This document shows, piece after piece, positions 62,114 to 64,000 of a stretch of DNA of 64,000 nucleotides. The translations under genes were made by a program, and so were the position numbers. Every line of letters starts with the position of its first letter. The first letter of the stretch is position 1. The DNA comes from Nanobdellota archaeon (GTDB taxonomy: Archaea > Nanobdellota > Nanobdellia > Woesearchaeales > JBHPFW01): contig JBHPFW010000004.1 of the NCBI GenBank assembly GCA_042571645.1, forward strand, positions 20,430-84,429, in the 5' to 3' direction. The notes under the pieces were generated by a model. That model worked only from the letters and a program-made list of their open reading frames with translations. It did no database searches and had not been told where the DNA came from.

Positions 62114-64000
62114 GTGATTAAACTAATTTTAGGAAAGATAATAGGCACTACCACAACAACATTCTTTGAGTTTATTGTACAAAAGGACATAGAGAATTCT
62201 ATAAAGAAGTTTGAGTTCCTGCAGATTCCCCACCAAGAGCATGAATCTGTGTTAGCACAAATTATTGAGCTTTTCAGGGATAGTGAGAAAACAATAGCAA
62301 AATGTGCTGTTATTGGCTATAAAGACAAAGATCAAAAGATCAAGCAATTAAGAACTCCAATAGCAACAGGCACAGAGATCTTCCGGGCAAAAGAAGATTA
62401 TATCAAAGAGATAATAAAACTCGATCCAGGCAAAGTATCAGGGTTTATAGGTAAATTAGAAGGATATGGCATAGATATTTCTGCAGACATAGAAAAGATG
62501 ATCTCAAAGCATATAGCTGTATTGGCAAAGTCTGGTTCTGGCAAGTCATATACTGTAGGAGTGTTAGCAGAGGAATTAATGGATAAAAATGTGCCTGTTG
62601 TGATAATAGATCCCCATGGAGAATATTCCTCATTGAAATATCCTAATGAAAACACAACAGATAAGCAAAGATTTGAGGAATTCAATATAAAACCAAAATC
62701 ATTTATCCAAAATATATCTGAATATGGAGATATCAAGCTTGGATTAAAACCAATAAAGCTGAATTCAACAAACCTTAATACAGACGAGCTTATACATCTT
62801 TTGCCAGCAAAATTAAACAGCAATCAAATTAACTTATTATATACTGCACTAAGATATCTAAAAAAACCGACTTTTGAAGAACTAATAAATGAATTAGAGA
62901 TGATTGATGGTAATGCAAAATGGAGTTTAATAAATATCATAGATTATCTAAAAAAACTAGATTTATTTTCTTCAGCATCAACAGATATAAAAGAATTAGT
63001 CCAGACAGGCAAATGCTCAATAATAAATCTAAAAGGATTTAATCCAGAACTGCAGGAAATCATAGCATACAAATTAATGAATGATATTTTTGCAGAGAGA
63101 AAAAAAGGAACTATTCCGCCATTGTTAATGATTGTTGAAGAAGCACATAACTTCTGTCCAGAGAGAAGTTTTGGAGAAGCCAAATCATCAAAAATCTTAA
63201 GAACTATTGCCAGTGAAGGTAGAAAATTTGGTTTGGGATTGTGCATAGTAAGCCAGCGCCCAAGCAGAGTGGATAAATCTGTGCTAAGTCAATGCTCGAC
63301 GCAAATAATTCTAAAAATCACAAATCCAAATGACCTAAAAGCAATAACAAGTTCTGTTGAAGGAATAACTTCTGAATCGGCAGAAGAGATAATAAATCTG
63401 CCAATAGGAAATGCAATGATGACTGGTATAGTGGATATTCCGTTATTTGTTAATATCCGTCCAAGAAAAACCAAACATGGAGGCACAGGAGTAAGTATAT
63501 TTGAAGAGGAAGAAGATAGTGAAGACAATTCATTGAATAAAGAGAAAGAGGGCAGTAAAGAGAATGGAATAATGAATGAGATTGATAATTATTCTAACAG
63601 ACCAGTGCTTCCAGTAATAAAACCAGCTGCTACCAAAAAAGAACTGACTCTTATGGCAGAAAATGAGATAGAATCAATAAAGACTTTTTTGATTCCTGCA
63701 GTATTGTTTCAATGCAAGAAAAACTCAGAGACTTTTCCAGTGGTATGTGAATTAATCCAAGGAAAAATTGTGTCAAATATCCAAGAAAGCATAGCGCATG
63801 AGATTCCTGATCTATCCGGGCTTTCTTTGAGTCAGCTGGGCATATTGAATTTTTGCATTGAAAAGGTAGTTATCACCCCCGGAGATGTTATGATAGCAAA
63901 AAATATTGATTTTTCTCAGGCAGGGAAAACACTTTCAGAGCTAGAGCAAAAGAATTTCCTGGAATATGATGGTAAATACAGACTAAATAAAGCTGTGCTA
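62114..64000 (+). CDS. HerA-like (DUF87) ATPase with an extra C-terminal wHTH-like region (3' end outside the window)
   Basis: The frame is open from 62054 to the window end and is missing from the track because it has no stop. The candidate start is GTG 62114. The protein has a HAS-barrel-like N-terminus, Walker A AKSGSGKSYTVG and Walker B LLMIVEEAHNF, plus SQRP. TTAAATA lies at 62061-62067. Confidence 0.8.
   Translation, partial: MIKLILGKIIGTTTTTFFEFIVQKDIENSIKKFEFLQIPHQEHESVLAQIIELFRDSEKTIAKCAVIGYKDKDQKIKQLRTPIATGTEIFRAKEDYIKEIIKLDPGKVSGFIGKLEGYGIDISADIEKMISKHIAVLAKSGSGKSYTVGVLAEELMDKNVPVVIIDPHGEYSSLKYPNENTTDKQRFEEFNIKPKSFIQNISEYGDIKLGLKPIKLNSTNLNTDELIHLLPAKLNSNQINLLYTALRYLKKPTFEELINELEMIDGNAKWSLINIIDYLKKLDLFSSASTDIKELVQTGKCSIINLKGFNPELQEIIAYKLMNDIFAERKKGTIPPLLMIVEEAHNFCPERSFGEAKSSKILRTIASEGRKFGLGLCIVSQRPSRVDKSVLSQCSTQIILKITNPNDLKAITSSVEGITSESAEEIINLPIGNAMMTGIVDIPLFVNIRPRKTKHGGTGVSIFEEEEDSEDNSLNKEKEGSKENGIMNEIDNYSNRPVLPVIKPAATKKELTLMAENEIESIKTFLIPAVLFQCKKNSETFPVVCELIQGKIVSNIQESIAHEIPDLSGLSLSQLGILNFCIEKVVITPGDVMIAKNIDFSQAGKTLSELEQKNFLEYDGKYRLNKAVL

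Noticed and set aside
62398-63528. Three minus-strand track ORFs (62398..62823, 62944..63246, 63289..63528)
   Set aside because: All lie antisense to the long open HerA frame, which carries clear Walker A and B motifs. The track misses HerA only because it has no stop within the window.
1-64000. Looked for CRISPR arrays, rRNA, transposases/integrases and prophage genes
   Set aside because: I saw no regularly spaced direct repeats, no rRNA-like GC-rich blocks, and no ORF with DDE, tyrosine or serine recombinase or capsid/terminase motifs. Absence is judged by eye only.

Overview
AT-rich (roughly one-third GC by eye), densely coding archaeal chromosome segment. I found no rRNA, tRNA, CRISPR array or recognisable transposase or integrase. 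Archaeal origin is supported by r-proteins S3Ae/eS1, S24e and S27ae, Rpo7 (RpoE'), Spt4, aCPSF1, proteasome beta, Bud32, AglB (WWDYG motif), geranylgeranyl reductase, and BRE/TATA promoters 22-30 nt upstream of many start codons (mostly leaderless). A DPANN-like lineage is only an inference. Content from left to right: (1) a ~21 kb cell-surface block. It holds a kinase, a GmhA-like isomerase, split transketolase and a HAD; two divergent DUF4956/CotH/VTC triads converging on a Wzx-like flippase; ugd, PMM/PGM, a nucleotidyltransferase and transaldolase; and AglB. (2) Surface, lipoprotein and membrane genes plus an AbrB/RelE toxin-antitoxin pair. (3) S3Ae, Bud32 and a Bax-inhibitor-like protein. 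(4) A two-gene cassette on the minus strand (HEPN-like Rx4H protein plus partner, both ending in wHTH-like domains), bracketed by 15 bp and 13 bp perfect inverted repeats. (5) A complete histidine operon (hisI-G-E-D-C-B-H-F-A) with a HisC-HAD fusion, two extra HAD genes, a membrane protein and a GC-rich structured intergenic element. It is followed by a second TA pair and hisS. (6) A tandem Lrp/AsnC regulator, map, a 692 aa cysteine-rich surface protein, signal peptidase, a second surface protein, psmB and aCPSF1. (7) The conserved PIN-rpoE'-spt4-S24e-S27ae operon, a cation/proton antiporter, and a 3'-truncated HerA-like ATPase. The best candidates for an undescribed system are the duplicated DUF4956-CotH-VTC triads and the inverted-repeat-bracketed HEPN-like cassette. 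Several long hairpin or inverted-repeat elements in intergenic DNA are also unexplained. All family calls come from motif recognition by eye, with no database searches.
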